In this document: one piece after another, positions 9,601-17,622 of the stretch
How the letters are laid out: every line of letters starts with the position of its first letter
Position numbering within the stretch: position 1 is the stretch's first letter
Virus record (IMG/VR): IMGVR_UViG_3300017788_000131
Span: 1 to 28,006 of that record
Source of the DNA: a virus
Taxonomy: Duplodnaviria; Caudoviricetes
DNA: 28,006 bases
Strand: one strand, 5' to 3'
Made by a program: the position numbers and the translations under genes
The notes under the pieces: model-generated
Seen by the model: only the letters and a program-made list of their open reading frames with translations
Databases searched by the model: none
Told to the model about the DNA's origin: nothing

Positions 9601-12103
9601 CTGTGGAGAGCGTCCTCAGCATCATGGATAAGCCGCGCTCGTTGCTGCTTGGTGCGGCTGGCTGCGCCTGGTGCCCCTTCGGTGGCAATTTCGCAAGATC
9701 CGCGTCGTCTTCGCTCTGCGTAAGCCATGAAGGTAATTCAGCGCCTGGAACTGCGTAATGCGGGTTGCCCTCTCGATCCCATGCGACCGTGAGGAACCCA
9801 GCTTTTTTCATTTCTGTTACGCTTCGGCTCACAACATTTGCGAGCGAGACGCCACCGCGACCTTTTACTTCCAAGTCTTTCATGGTTCGCCATGGCGACT
9901 TGCTAATCTTCTCCCAGATTCTGCCGTTGGTGCTATTGATGTGCGACTCGACGTGGCTCCCAGCACCGAGCGATTGCTGCTGACGGGTGAAGTGATCCAC
10001 GACGTGCTTGCGGGAAATCGGATTTTCTTCGATATTTTCCCAGCGATGGTTTTCGTTGAGCCGGTATGTCTTGCCGTCTTCCACCTTCGTCATCCCCGGT
10101 CGGAGTGACATGCGAGCTACAGAAAACAACAGGACTTGCCGATAGGCTGAATCGCGATTTTGCTTCCACTGGGCGTTCCTGGCCTCCGTTGCAGCATCGC
10201 CAGTAACTCTTATGTCAGCATTAATCTCATGGATCCGCGCGGCTAGCCGATCAACTTTTTCCTTGCCTGCGCCGAGCAGATGAAAATGAGCCTCTGCTCC
10301 GAGTTGATTCATCGCTAGATCAAGGATCGATTCGTCGTCCCAAGCGCCCTTGTTGTAAGGTATTCCAAATGCCGTCCGACCGTTGGAAAAGTCAATCGCA
10401 TCGGTGGCATCTGCGGCGGCTGCGGAAAGGCTGTTTTTGCCTTTCTGGATGGGCACAATCACTGTCGCTCCCATGTTTTGAAATTCCGCAATCGCTTCTG
10501 CGTGCTCGCGTTGTAGATCCAATGTCTTTTGTTGATCGCCTCTAAACTCTCCGTCCTCAGTTTTCTCTAGGTGATCCGGCGCGACCACCCACACCTTATT
10601 GCGGTGCGACGGCTGCACGCGGCTAAGGATGTTGTGGTAGTTGTCGAAAACCTTGTCGAACTCCACACCCAATCCCTTGCTCACTGTAGACGCTATTCCG
10701 CTGTCAACAAAGACCACGTTGCCAGTATTGGCGTGTGACGCGATTCCCGTGATGACCGTCTCGCTGAGTTTGCGTGGTTGCGCGGAAACTCCAATTGCGC
10801 GATCGGTTTTCCGATAGTGCGAGATGGCTGCTGGGTCGGCTTGCAGCCCGCTGACGACTTTGTTTTGCGGTTGCCCAGAAGTTTGATTTACGTCAACGTC
10901 GTACTGCCTCTCCCAGCGATGATGCTCGTTGAGCCGATACGTTCTACCGTCCTCAACTTTGGTCATTCCTGGTCGAAGACTCATCAGCATATTGCCCGTC
11001 GAACGGTCCCAAGTGCCTCGGTTCGCTCTGCTCTTAATTTGATCCTCGCGGAAGGGCACCCACACCTGATGCTCTCGCCCGCCGTGCTTGCCTCCTACGT
11101 CCTTGATTCCATCGTAGCCCATCCCCTCGAGGGTTTCTGTCGCCCAATCCGGAACGCGAGTCCAGGCATGTGTCGTCCCACTTGCCCGATCGTTTAGCAA
11201 ATATGCGTACCAGCTTGGACCATCGATCGTGTTTTTGTCCCATGCGTCAGGATCGCCCCCCGCTGCTTTCTTCGCTCGCTTGCGCTTCGAGGATTGCTCC
11301 AGGGCTGCATACACCTCTTCCGGTATGTCGCCAGTATCCAATGGGTTGCGAATATCCAGGTAAACTGGAAACACGCCGGATCTCGATTCGTCCGGATCGT
11401 CTATCTCGGCTCCTTTCACGCCAAGCGCCTTGAGCACATCGAGAAATTTGTCTTCTTCGTTGAATAGAGTGCCGCTGCTCAGCCACATTTCGACGGCTGC
11501 ACGAAGCGCGTTACCTCGAGCCTCGCGCAATTCATAATCTATGCTGGATCGAGACATAATCGACTCTGTTCCTGCGACGATCGGCCCGCTTGCTTCGTCA
11601 GGATCGGAGTAGCCCACCGTGTAGAGCGCATTTTTAATGCGGTCCCGTTCTTCAAACGGTAGGTGGAACCACGCTTGGTCGATGTCGACGGGTTTGCGGC
11701 TCCCTGGTGGTTGCCATTTGAACCACTGCGCGTAGTCGGAGGGACGCTCTTTCGATGTGTCGTTCTTGTTGGTCGAGTAGCTCGATGCCATTTCCGGATC
11801 GTCCGAGAAATACTGCATCGGTCCCGATGTTGCGCGATCCTTGCGAAATCGGTTGCCAACGCGATCGGCGCGTTTCGCCCCATGAAACACCACTTTCGGC
11901 TTCCCATCGGCATCGACGACCTTGGAATCTCCAAACCACGCCTTGAACTCTGGGGTCTCTGTGTGATGCACCCCTGGAGTAGATGGTGTGGCTTGTGCGG
12001 ACTCGACCCGCTCCCAACGATGGTTATCGTTGAGGCGGTATGTCCTTCCGTTTTCCACCTTCGTCGTCCCCGGTCGGAGACTCATCAGTTCCGCTGTCGT
12101 CAT
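6665..12103 (-). CDS. Large polyvalent protein (~1812 aa): ART-PolyVal-like, TGT-like barrel, wHTH-like and C-terminal HExxH metallopeptidase domains
   Basis: Motifs FKAWFGDSKVVD..GKP.VVFHG, YFSDD, PVYLDIRNP, GYDG and QIKS; VFVDSG...APD...HLLG; LIHEVGH...SEVTSRGLE. The start is uncertain: ATG 12103 follows a purine-rich stretch, or the gene may be frameshift-fused to the ORF starting at 12272. Confidence 0.85.
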   Translation of the reverse strand: MTTAELMSLRPGTTKVENGRTYRLNDNHRWERVESAQATPSTPGVHHTETPEFKAWFGDSKVVDADGKPKVVFHGAKRADRVGNRFRKDRATSGPMQYFSDDPEMASSYSTNKNDTSKERPSDYAQWFKWQPPGSRKPVDIDQAWFHLPFEERDRIKNALYTVGYSDPDEASGPIVAGTESIMSRSSIDYELREARGNALRAAVEMWLSSGTLFNEEDKFLDVLKALGVKGAEIDDPDESRSGVFPVYLDIRNPLDTGDIPEEVYAALEQSSKRKRAKKAAGGDPDAWDKNTIDGPSWYAYLLNDRASGTTHAWTRVPDWATETLEGMGYDGIKDVGGKHGGREHQVWVPFREDQIKSRANRGTWDRSTGNMLMSLRPGMTKVEDGRTYRLNEHHRWERQYDVDVNQTSGQPQNKVVSGLQADPAAISHYRKTDRAIGVSAQPRKLSETVITGIASHANTGNVVFVDSGIASTVSKGLGVEFDKVFDNYHNILSRVQPSHRNKVWVVAPDHLEKTEDGEFRGDQQKTLDLQREHAEAIAEFQNMGATVIVPIQKGKNSLSAAAADATDAIDFSNGRTAFGIPYNKGAWDDESILDLAMNQLGAEAHFHLLGAGKEKVDRLAARIHEINADIRVTGDAATEARNAQWKQNRDSAYRQVLLFSVARMSLRPGMTKVEDGKTYRLNENHRWENIEENPISRKHVVDHFTRQQQSLGAGSHVESHINSTNGRIWEKISKSPWRTMKDLEVKGRGGVSLANVVSRSVTEMKKAGFLTVAWDREGNPHYAVPGAELPSWLTQSEDDADLAKLPPKGHQAQPAAPSSNERGLSMMLRTLSTAATVAGKSVQRKTGKHPHVLSPNEFRDAYDPDGSRWEVGLDVESLHKEWVNAANIYIPDEIHDDALNEYAGNDEPALLQTKNQRYAKRQAEKTQGSVVMALRRSGLSGRAISELGDPDASTVANSRFDAARWVRQEARNTLKFWDEFREFRDKDIAREYRKLLGPQVQRLSLYDPDEDEEDEDEDGDDPEVMSRAEMIAEFLMELYGEDAEQMFDELFSGTITMAIRWDPFQHPRDKNGRFVQKNSPEAVAAARSKIEDALVGGRGHATMRTLVDHLAILTSKQLAELKTDYNIKASAKDKQALMGKIADRLDRGRRKPQPESEKADVHEFNALVDKMLVRHFSPTLVRKIESKDNFLTLGDVTPLDGAKFFRHIKDLATAAGEVDAFYDFAKEAGELFQRQELEVPGNVFRAIGKPTDRDGVLQTAYRDSVFQQMEREKAMQRKKEIDAYHWAVEHVKQPTKHDSKVGSKPEKMEYEQFLFWKGLSLEAKYKRSIKIAERFIKMIGGEGDMLTPNYDNLSEHIAFYKKNKSAIDTIVRAGGPGRSGWRKAWLQDGIAAARRALDKIAENPIDDPNTPPLKRLYDAFNPMLVDEWAMEHEESLKRYVVLERDKGLEGPLTTEQVRKYRYRSWLPDRYNDTKTTLDYIENREKYMASDRHANALKMLKRGIDRALPRLRELYASTIEKDDFLGKSQREYDLLKAKFFDVTSEIIALNDRKKALDATGALDRATVLERDSILVRRKELMEKAEKADRAIADHRIAANKEFMDRLFPVPEPGKNMVDIPYEKAFDGAEIPVTSDDMVNFLTQVSVAKTFLNRLFSSRETPITAQVLTTREIYTQKPSFYPDRASALGNKIFIYPQVRLDALIHEVGHILEAENDSAIAVLAKAFAQQAIADSGQKVDRLPRNNFNSGAYDPHEIGAQAIFGHPYDSKYYPQTASEVTSRGLEYLWSDPIKFLEQSPDHFDFTVAALKGLFK

Positions 12104-12272
12104 CCTCGTCTTCTCCTTCGGAATCCGTATCGAGCTCGGCATACTTGGGATCGAAACCGCCCATGTTGTTTTCGCGCAGAAAATCATCCATGAACTTCGA
12201 TCGTTCGTTTTCCTCTGCCCAAAACTCTTCGGCGCTTGGTCCGCTTGGCTCGGAATCTGGTGCTTGGCTCAT
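12024..12272 (-). CDS. Small acidic protein (82 aa), or frameshifted N-terminus of the polyvalent protein
   Basis: The ATG lies 1 nt after the kinase stop, with GGAGG upstream. The product is very D/E-rich, and its 3' end overlaps the next ORF by about 80 nt. Confidence 0.6.
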   Translation of the reverse strand: MSQAPDSEPSGPSAEEFWAEENERSKFMDDFLRENNMGGFDPKYAELDTDSEGEDEDDDSGTDESPTGDDEGGKRKDIPPQR

Positions 12273-12273
12273 T

Positions 12274-13713
12274 CTAATCCTCCCAAATTTGCGTACCCCC
12301 TAACGCGCCGCTGCGGATATGCTCAGGCACGGTAGGATCGTTGTTGATGGTGTCGATAGCGAACTGTGCCAACTCTTGGCGATCGTATTGTAGGGCCTCC
12401 TCTGGCATACCAGGAAGTAGCATCGGTGGATTGCCGTTCTTTAGTACCACGCTGGTTACATCGGGATCGTGACCATGCCTCGAGATAAACGCGGCGTGAT
12501 GCCGTGCTCCGAGCGCATAAGAATCCGCGAACACCTTTGCGTCCACCATACGCCCGTCGTTTTGGTCTTGGGCTCGCTTCACCACACCCCGACCAGGATC
12601 AGCCCAAGAAACCTTTGGATCGGCATGGACAAACACGAACGCGACACGCAGCCCGCGTTTTCTAGCCTCCTGGAGAATCCACGGGTTCTCGGTGGCGTTT
12701 TGGTCGCCTGCCGAGTCCCATACAACATTCGCTCGTTTCTTTAGCTCCAACGCTTGTGGAACATTTTTGAGTGCAAAACCCTTGCCCGCGCCGCAGCCAC
12801 CGACCGTCACAAGAATCTCCTGGCCGCGTTCCATCGTGTCCAGGTGATGCAGAAACGCTTTCTTACAGATTGCGTTCGCGGTCTGGTGCAATGCAGTGTT
12901 GAGGGTTGCTCGGTTCTTTGATCGGTTGTCTAGGTTCTGCTCCAGGTCGGTGCTTTGCCAGTACGGCGACAACTTTTTGCAGGCATCGGTTTCAAAGACA
13001 GGTGCCTCTCCCTCCTTGAGAGATGCTGTAAACAGGATGTGGGCTTTTTCCGCCATGCCGTCTGGGTCTTGCTCGAACTCGTCTGCGAAATGCGACTCTG
13101 CGGCTTTTGCTTTCCCGGTCAAATTGGCAAGACGGCGAATCTTTTTCGGTGGCGGTGGAACCTCGAACGCAGGGACACCTACGCGAGCCTGATCCGCTAC
13201 CCCATCGTGATTAGGATCGTCTTCGACGCCGCTCTTGATGAGATTTGGAGACGACTTCGGCTTTTGCTGTGGCTGGGCTGGCTGCGGTTTCGGCTTGCCG
13301 ATCGGCGAGTTAGGGTCGTTTTTCAGTTCTTCCATATCCGCGATGCCTTGCGCATCGCTAGTTGTCATGCCCTGCTTCTCGAGCCCGCTAACTCGATTTG
13401 CGTACCCTGGGCTAGTACCTGTGCCCGCTCCTGGCATCTTTTGTCCAGTTGCCGGGTCGAACTTGGGTTGCGGCTTGGCTGGCGCGCCGCCTCCCTGCGG
13501 CTTTGCCACCATGGAATCCGGCACCGCATCATCCGTCTTGAACAGCAATCCCTGGTTCGGGTCGCCCTTCGTGTCGAACAGGTTCTTTTGGACAGGACCA
13601 GCCGCCCGGCGCTGCTGGGCTTCATGGTGATCCTTGAGCGTCCATCGATGGTGCTCGTTGAGAATGTAGGTCTTGCCGTTTTTGGTGATGGTTTTGCCCG
13701 GTTGTAGTGGCAT
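12274..13713 (-). CDS. Zeta-toxin-like P-loop kinase with N-terminal tag and Pro-rich linker (479 aa)
   Basis: ILVTVGGCGAGKG Walker A (GGCGAGK at 12781-12801), VVWDS Walker-B-like strand, and FVFVHAD...KRA...GRMV lid pattern of the zeta/AAA_33 kinases. Confidence 0.75.
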   Translation of the reverse strand: MPLQPGKTITKNGKTYILNEHHRWTLKDHHEAQQRRAAGPVQKNLFDTKGDPNQGLLFKTDDAVPDSMVAKPQGGGAPAKPQPKFDPATGQKMPGAGTGTSPGYANRVSGLEKQGMTTSDAQGIADMEELKNDPNSPIGKPKPQPAQPQQKPKSSPNLIKSGVEDDPNHDGVADQARVGVPAFEVPPPPKKIRRLANLTGKAKAAESHFADEFEQDPDGMAEKAHILFTASLKEGEAPVFETDACKKLSPYWQSTDLEQNLDNRSKNRATLNTALHQTANAICKKAFLHHLDTMERGQEILVTVGGCGAGKGFALKNVPQALELKKRANVVWDSAGDQNATENPWILQEARKRGLRVAFVFVHADPKVSWADPGRGVVKRAQDQNDGRMVDAKVFADSYALGARHHAAFISRHGHDPDVTSVVLKNGNPPMLLPGMPEEALQYDRQELAQFAIDTINNDPTVPEHIRSGALGGTQIWED

Positions 13714-13714
13714 A

Positions 13715-16700
13715 TCAATGACTCCTGTTAGTGGTGTTTCTGAGTTTTATTTCGCTCTTCATAGTCTCTTGCTCGCGGCGGATAGATTCCGCCATGTCTT
13801 TCTGTCCCATGCGATCGAAATGCGCAATGAGCCGATTCGCAAATCCGTGCGCACGATTCAAATCTTTGTCGGACGCCTTTTGCACAGCGCCTACCACATT
13901 GAAATAGTTTTCGCTCGATTCCTGGTCTTGGATTTCATCCTCGCTCATGCCTTTTTCCCGCATTTCTCGGAGCGAGCTAAATAGCTTTGGTGTCCGAACG
14001 TCCTTCTGATACAGCCGATAGTTCTTCCACGCTGTTAGGGCTTGCTCCTGCACGTCCTGGTATCGCGTTGTGTAGTATTTCGCGTCCGCTTGCCACTTAT
14101 CCCACTCCTCTGCGCGTAGCGTGACTCCGTCGTAGAACACGTTTTGTCCGCGATCGAGTGCCGCAATCGCCTCTTCCTTTGATCGGCACTTTTTTACGTC
14201 GCTAAGCGCCGACATGACGACAAGCTGCGGCTCGTCCAATGCCGACTCCGACATCACGGTTCGGATCGCTGCAAGCGCGCTGGCCTTTATTTGCTCTCGC
14301 TGCTTACGGTTTCGCGCGAATGCGAGGTCCGCTGCGTGTTTTTTTACGGTGTCCGCGACTTGCCCCCGAAGATGGGATTCGCGATCGAATTGCCCGGCTG
14401 CGGCGCTGGCTTCATCGGCCTTGCGTTGGTTCTCGTCAACAACCAGGATGTTGCCCACGCCAGCAACGCGATCGGCTCGGCGTTTGTCGGCAAGTGCTCG
14501 ATAGTCGTTAGCTTCCTTCGACAGTTCGCGAGCGATGTAGGCTTCAATTTCCACCTCCTGGTCGAACGTGTCTTGCTCGTCTTCGTATGCTCCGAAAAGG
14601 TCGAAGCCGGATTGCACCACTTTCCCGGCGTTGGACATCTTGCGGGCTGCGGTCTCGATTTCGCGGAGACTCCATTCCTTTCCGTCTTCTTCGCGATCTT
14701 CCAATCGCTTGAACAACTTGTCCTGCAACGCATGGTCCTTGAGGTGCTTGGCGACCGCGAGCGCCTTGCCTTCATCGAGCCGTCCCTGCGTGACCATCTG
14801 GAACGGCTTTTCGGAGAGATCCTTGAGTATTGCCGCCTGGGCTGCGATGGCTCCCGACATGCTGATACCAGCCTCACGGAAATGATCGACATCGTGACCT
14901 GAATCGCGAAGATACTTTGCTGCGTCGATCGCGGATCCTCGACCCTCGGCGATATTGGCTAACGCGCCTTTCGCGCGAGCCTGCGTAGCGTTTTCCGCCT
15001 CGATGTATCTCACGTTGAGGTCTTCGGCTCCCAATCGCCGCGCTAAATGGTGGCGATGGTGCCCATTGACGACATAATCCTTCCCGTCCTCGGGATCCCG
15101 CCAAACCAATAACGCTCCTGCTAACTCCGGATTCCATCGGCCCGACTCTTTTAGTTCGCCGGTAACACCAGTGTTAGGATCGATGTTTTTCACCTTGTAC
15201 TGAAATCTTGCAGGATCGACGTGCAACGACCCAACTGGAACCGTGTATACATGGCGGTTGATCGGGCTGCTGGGAGTCCCGTCGCTCCTTGTGCTGCTAT
15301 TGTCTTCGTCTCGGTCGGCAGCTACCTCCGCCGTCGCAACAATCACTTCTCTTCCTGCCCTGTTGATCCGTCGCACCTCGGCTTGAGTTCCGCCCCCATA
15401 CGTTCGGACGCTCAACCGCTCGTCCTTTCGCAACAGTCGCTCTATGTCTTTGACTGTCTTTGCGGTATCAAACCTTCCATCTCCACCGCGAGGCGGCATG
15501 ATGTAGGTTTCTGCCCATCCTTTCTTTGGTTTTGCTTCCGGCTCCGGCTCCGTCCGCGCCGTCGCGCCATGAAGCACCTTTGCTGCAAAATCTGCCGCTT
15601 CCTCCATTGTATCGAACGTCTCGTCGTAATCCGTTCGCTTGCGGTCTGGCGAGTAGTGCCGCACTGTGTGTTGATACTTGCCGCCAGCTTTCCGATCGAC
15701 GTTCACTTGCACCTTGTGTCCGTTTTTCAGTTTGAGCGTTCGCATGTGTGCGATCTTCTTCGACCATAGATCGTGATACTGACTCTTCTCAGTCGGCGTG
15801 CTCGATTTCTTACCGCTCTCAATCTCTTTACGCTGCGACTCTGAGGCTTTCGCAACAACGTCGCCTGGAATGAACATGCCGCCGTAGTATTCGTGTCCGT
15901 CGATGACTAGAGGCTTGTCCTTGGTGTAGCCCTTCGGCGCGTGCGTTGCGTCCATTCGCTGCGGACCACGCAGCGCCATGCGAGCCGCCTTCACCAGTTC
16001 CGCTGCCGACAGCACACCTTCGCCAACGGCTGCGGCTGGATCCAGTCCCATCATTTGCGGCTGCGATAAGTCGTCCATGCCGCCCATGCCATCGTCCATG
16101 CCGCCCATGGGGTCCATGCCGGGATCCATGCCGCCCATCGACGGATCCATACCTCCCATGCCTCCCATGGGTTGCCGCTGTTGCTCGAGGGCTTGCTTGG
16201 CTAAAGGCTTGTGCGACACGTCGAACGGAATCAACCGCCCAAAGTTGTTGATGATGCCGGGCTCGAGCAACTGCTCCTTAACGTCTCGCAAAATCACCTC
16301 TACCCACGGGTCCAGGTTTGCGTACAGGATTCCCATGGGGATCAATCGCCCCTGCCATGATCCCGTATCGTCAGCCTTGAGCACGCCATCGGGCACAAAC
16401 ATGCCTCGGAGCATTTCGCCGTCGAGGTCGCCTGGGTATTGGAGGATGTGCGAAGGGTTCGATGGGACGGTGGCTCGAGTCAGTTGCCACATGGGGTTGC
16501 CCTTGTCGTCGTACTGCGCCGGGGTGGTCGTCACCCCTCCCGCCTCGAGTTGCTCTACAATCTCCCGCGCGAGTTCGCGGTTGCTAACTTCATGCGGCGC
16601 ATCGATGGTCCCCACGTCAGTCGAACCTTCTGGGTATCGCAGATCCGCTCCCCCGTAGGCATCCTTATGCATAAACAACCGGCGTACATCGATCGCACCT

Positions 16701-17362
16701 CCATCGAAGTGCTTGTCCGCCCAGGCGCGGTAGGCTCCCATTAACACCGATCGCCCGTACAGTTCGCCCGGCTGAGCATCGTAACTATGAAAAAACGACT
16801 CCGGAAAGCGCAGATCGACGTAACCCTCGAGGGCGCTCTTGACGTGCATGAACCGCACACCGCACGGTCGTCCGGTTTCCCCGGACACCAACACCCGCAC
16901 ATCGTTGGCGTGGCGTTGTTCAATGGTAGCGATTTCCCACGTCCCAAACTCTTCGGATCGCTCCCAGATCACTTCCATGCCGCTCCAGCCGTAGACCTGG
17001 GATGAGGCAATGTGCTCGAGGGCGCAAGACCATAGCTTGCGGATTTGACGCATCACCCATGCGCCGACCGATTCATCCTGGCACATCACCCCGACTTGCC
17101 ATTGGCCGTTCATCTCGTAGCCGAACTCGACCCCCTGGATCGCCGCGCGGCGGGCTGCGAGTCCGATCTGGATCGTTTCATCAAGTAGGATCTGCTCGAT
17201 GACCTGGAACGACATCACAGGTAGCTTTTGATGCCTGCGAAGCCACCATGTTTGAATTGGCGAGTAGCCCTTGGTCTTGGCGATCGGCTTCTTCAACGCA
17301 TCGTTGATACGCCCGTCGTTTCGGCTGTCGTTTCGAGTCTGGTTGTCGGGTACGGTGCTCAT
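13715..17362 (-). CDS. Portal protein (Mu gp29/DUF935-like) fused to Met/Gly-rich linker, ParB/Srx-like domain and helical C-terminal domains (~1215 aa)
   Basis: The N-terminal ~400 aa carry ARRAAI, YGWSGMEVIW and LYGRSVLMGAYRAWADK. Later come VDPARFQYK...LLVWRD..DGKDYVVNGHHR (ParB-like). Start set at ATG 17362, an ATGA overlap with the upstream stop. Confidence 0.85.
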   Translation of the reverse strand: MSTVPDNQTRNDSRNDGRINDALKKPIAKTKGYSPIQTWWLRRHQKLPVMSFQVIEQILLDETIQIGLAARRAAIQGVEFGYEMNGQWQVGVMCQDESVGAWVMRQIRKLWSCALEHIASSQVYGWSGMEVIWERSEEFGTWEIATIEQRHANDVRVLVSGETGRPCGVRFMHVKSALEGYVDLRFPESFFHSYDAQPGELYGRSVLMGAYRAWADKHFDGGAIDVRRLFMHKDAYGGADLRYPEGSTDVGTIDAPHEVSNRELAREIVEQLEAGGVTTTPAQYDDKGNPMWQLTRATVPSNPSHILQYPGDLDGEMLRGMFVPDGVLKADDTGSWQGRLIPMGILYANLDPWVEVILRDVKEQLLEPGIINNFGRLIPFDVSHKPLAKQALEQQRQPMGGMGGMDPSMGGMDPGMDPMGGMDDGMGGMDDLSQPQMMGLDPAAAVGEGVLSAAELVKAARMALRGPQRMDATHAPKGYTKDKPLVIDGHEYYGGMFIPGDVVAKASESQRKEIESGKKSSTPTEKSQYHDLWSKKIAHMRTLKLKNGHKVQVNVDRKAGGKYQHTVRHYSPDRKRTDYDETFDTMEEAADFAAKVLHGATARTEPEPEAKPKKGWAETYIMPPRGGDGRFDTAKTVKDIERLLRKDERLSVRTYGGGTQAEVRRINRAGREVIVATAEVAADRDEDNSSTRSDGTPSSPINRHVYTVPVGSLHVDPARFQYKVKNIDPNTGVTGELKESGRWNPELAGALLVWRDPEDGKDYVVNGHHRHHLARRLGAEDLNVRYIEAENATQARAKGALANIAEGRGSAIDAAKYLRDSGHDVDHFREAGISMSGAIAAQAAILKDLSEKPFQMVTQGRLDEGKALAVAKHLKDHALQDKLFKRLEDREEDGKEWSLREIETAARKMSNAGKVVQSGFDLFGAYEDEQDTFDQEVEIEAYIARELSKEANDYRALADKRRADRVAGVGNILVVDENQRKADEASAAAGQFDRESHLRGQVADTVKKHAADLAFARNRKQREQIKASALAAIRTVMSESALDEPQLVVMSALSDVKKCRSKEEAIAALDRGQNVFYDGVTLRAEEWDKWQADAKYYTTRYQDVQEQALTAWKNYRLYQKDVRTPKLFSSLREMREKGMSEDEIQDQESSENYFNVVGAVQKASDKDLNRAHGFANRLIAHFDRMGQKDMAESIRREQETMKSEIKLRNTTNRSH

Positions 17363-17622
17363 GGCATCTTTCCACAATGTTTATCGACTAACAGTTGCAT
17401 CGCTTGGGCTCTTGCGTTCTCTGCGATCTTCTCGTCGCCGTAGGCTGCAAGCCACAGTTGGTACACTGCTTGGTAATCGGTCGGCTCATACTGTCCTGCG
17501 TCGATCCGCTTTTTGGCACGAATCGACGGCATCAATTCCTCCAGCGCCACAATCTGTTCGCTGGTCAACTCGAACGGATTGATTCCGAGCTCTATTCCAA
17601 GCCGGATTCGCCGCTCGTATTT
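17359..17622 (-). CDS. -1 frameshift extension of the tail assembly chaperone (lambda gpT-like)
   Basis: The -1 frame is open from the A9 run at 17628-17620 (KYERRIRLGIELGINPFELTSEQ...) to the stop at 17359. Confidence 0.75.
   Translation of the reverse strand, partial: KYERRIRLGIELGINPFELTSEQIVALEELMPSIRAKKRIDAGQYEPTDYQAVYQLWLAAYGDEKIAENARAQAMQLLVDKHCGKMP

Noticed and set aside
6217-13713. Tag repeats as diversity-generating retroelement TR/VR pairs or inteins
   Set aside because: No reverse transcriptase is present, differences are not adenine-specific, and there are no intein C/S...HN splice motifs.
7194-16658. Many 100-300 aa plus-strand ORFs (e.g. 7625-8545, 12955-13707, 15978-16658)
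   Set aside because: They are antisense shadows of long motif-bearing minus-strand genes in GC-rich DNA.
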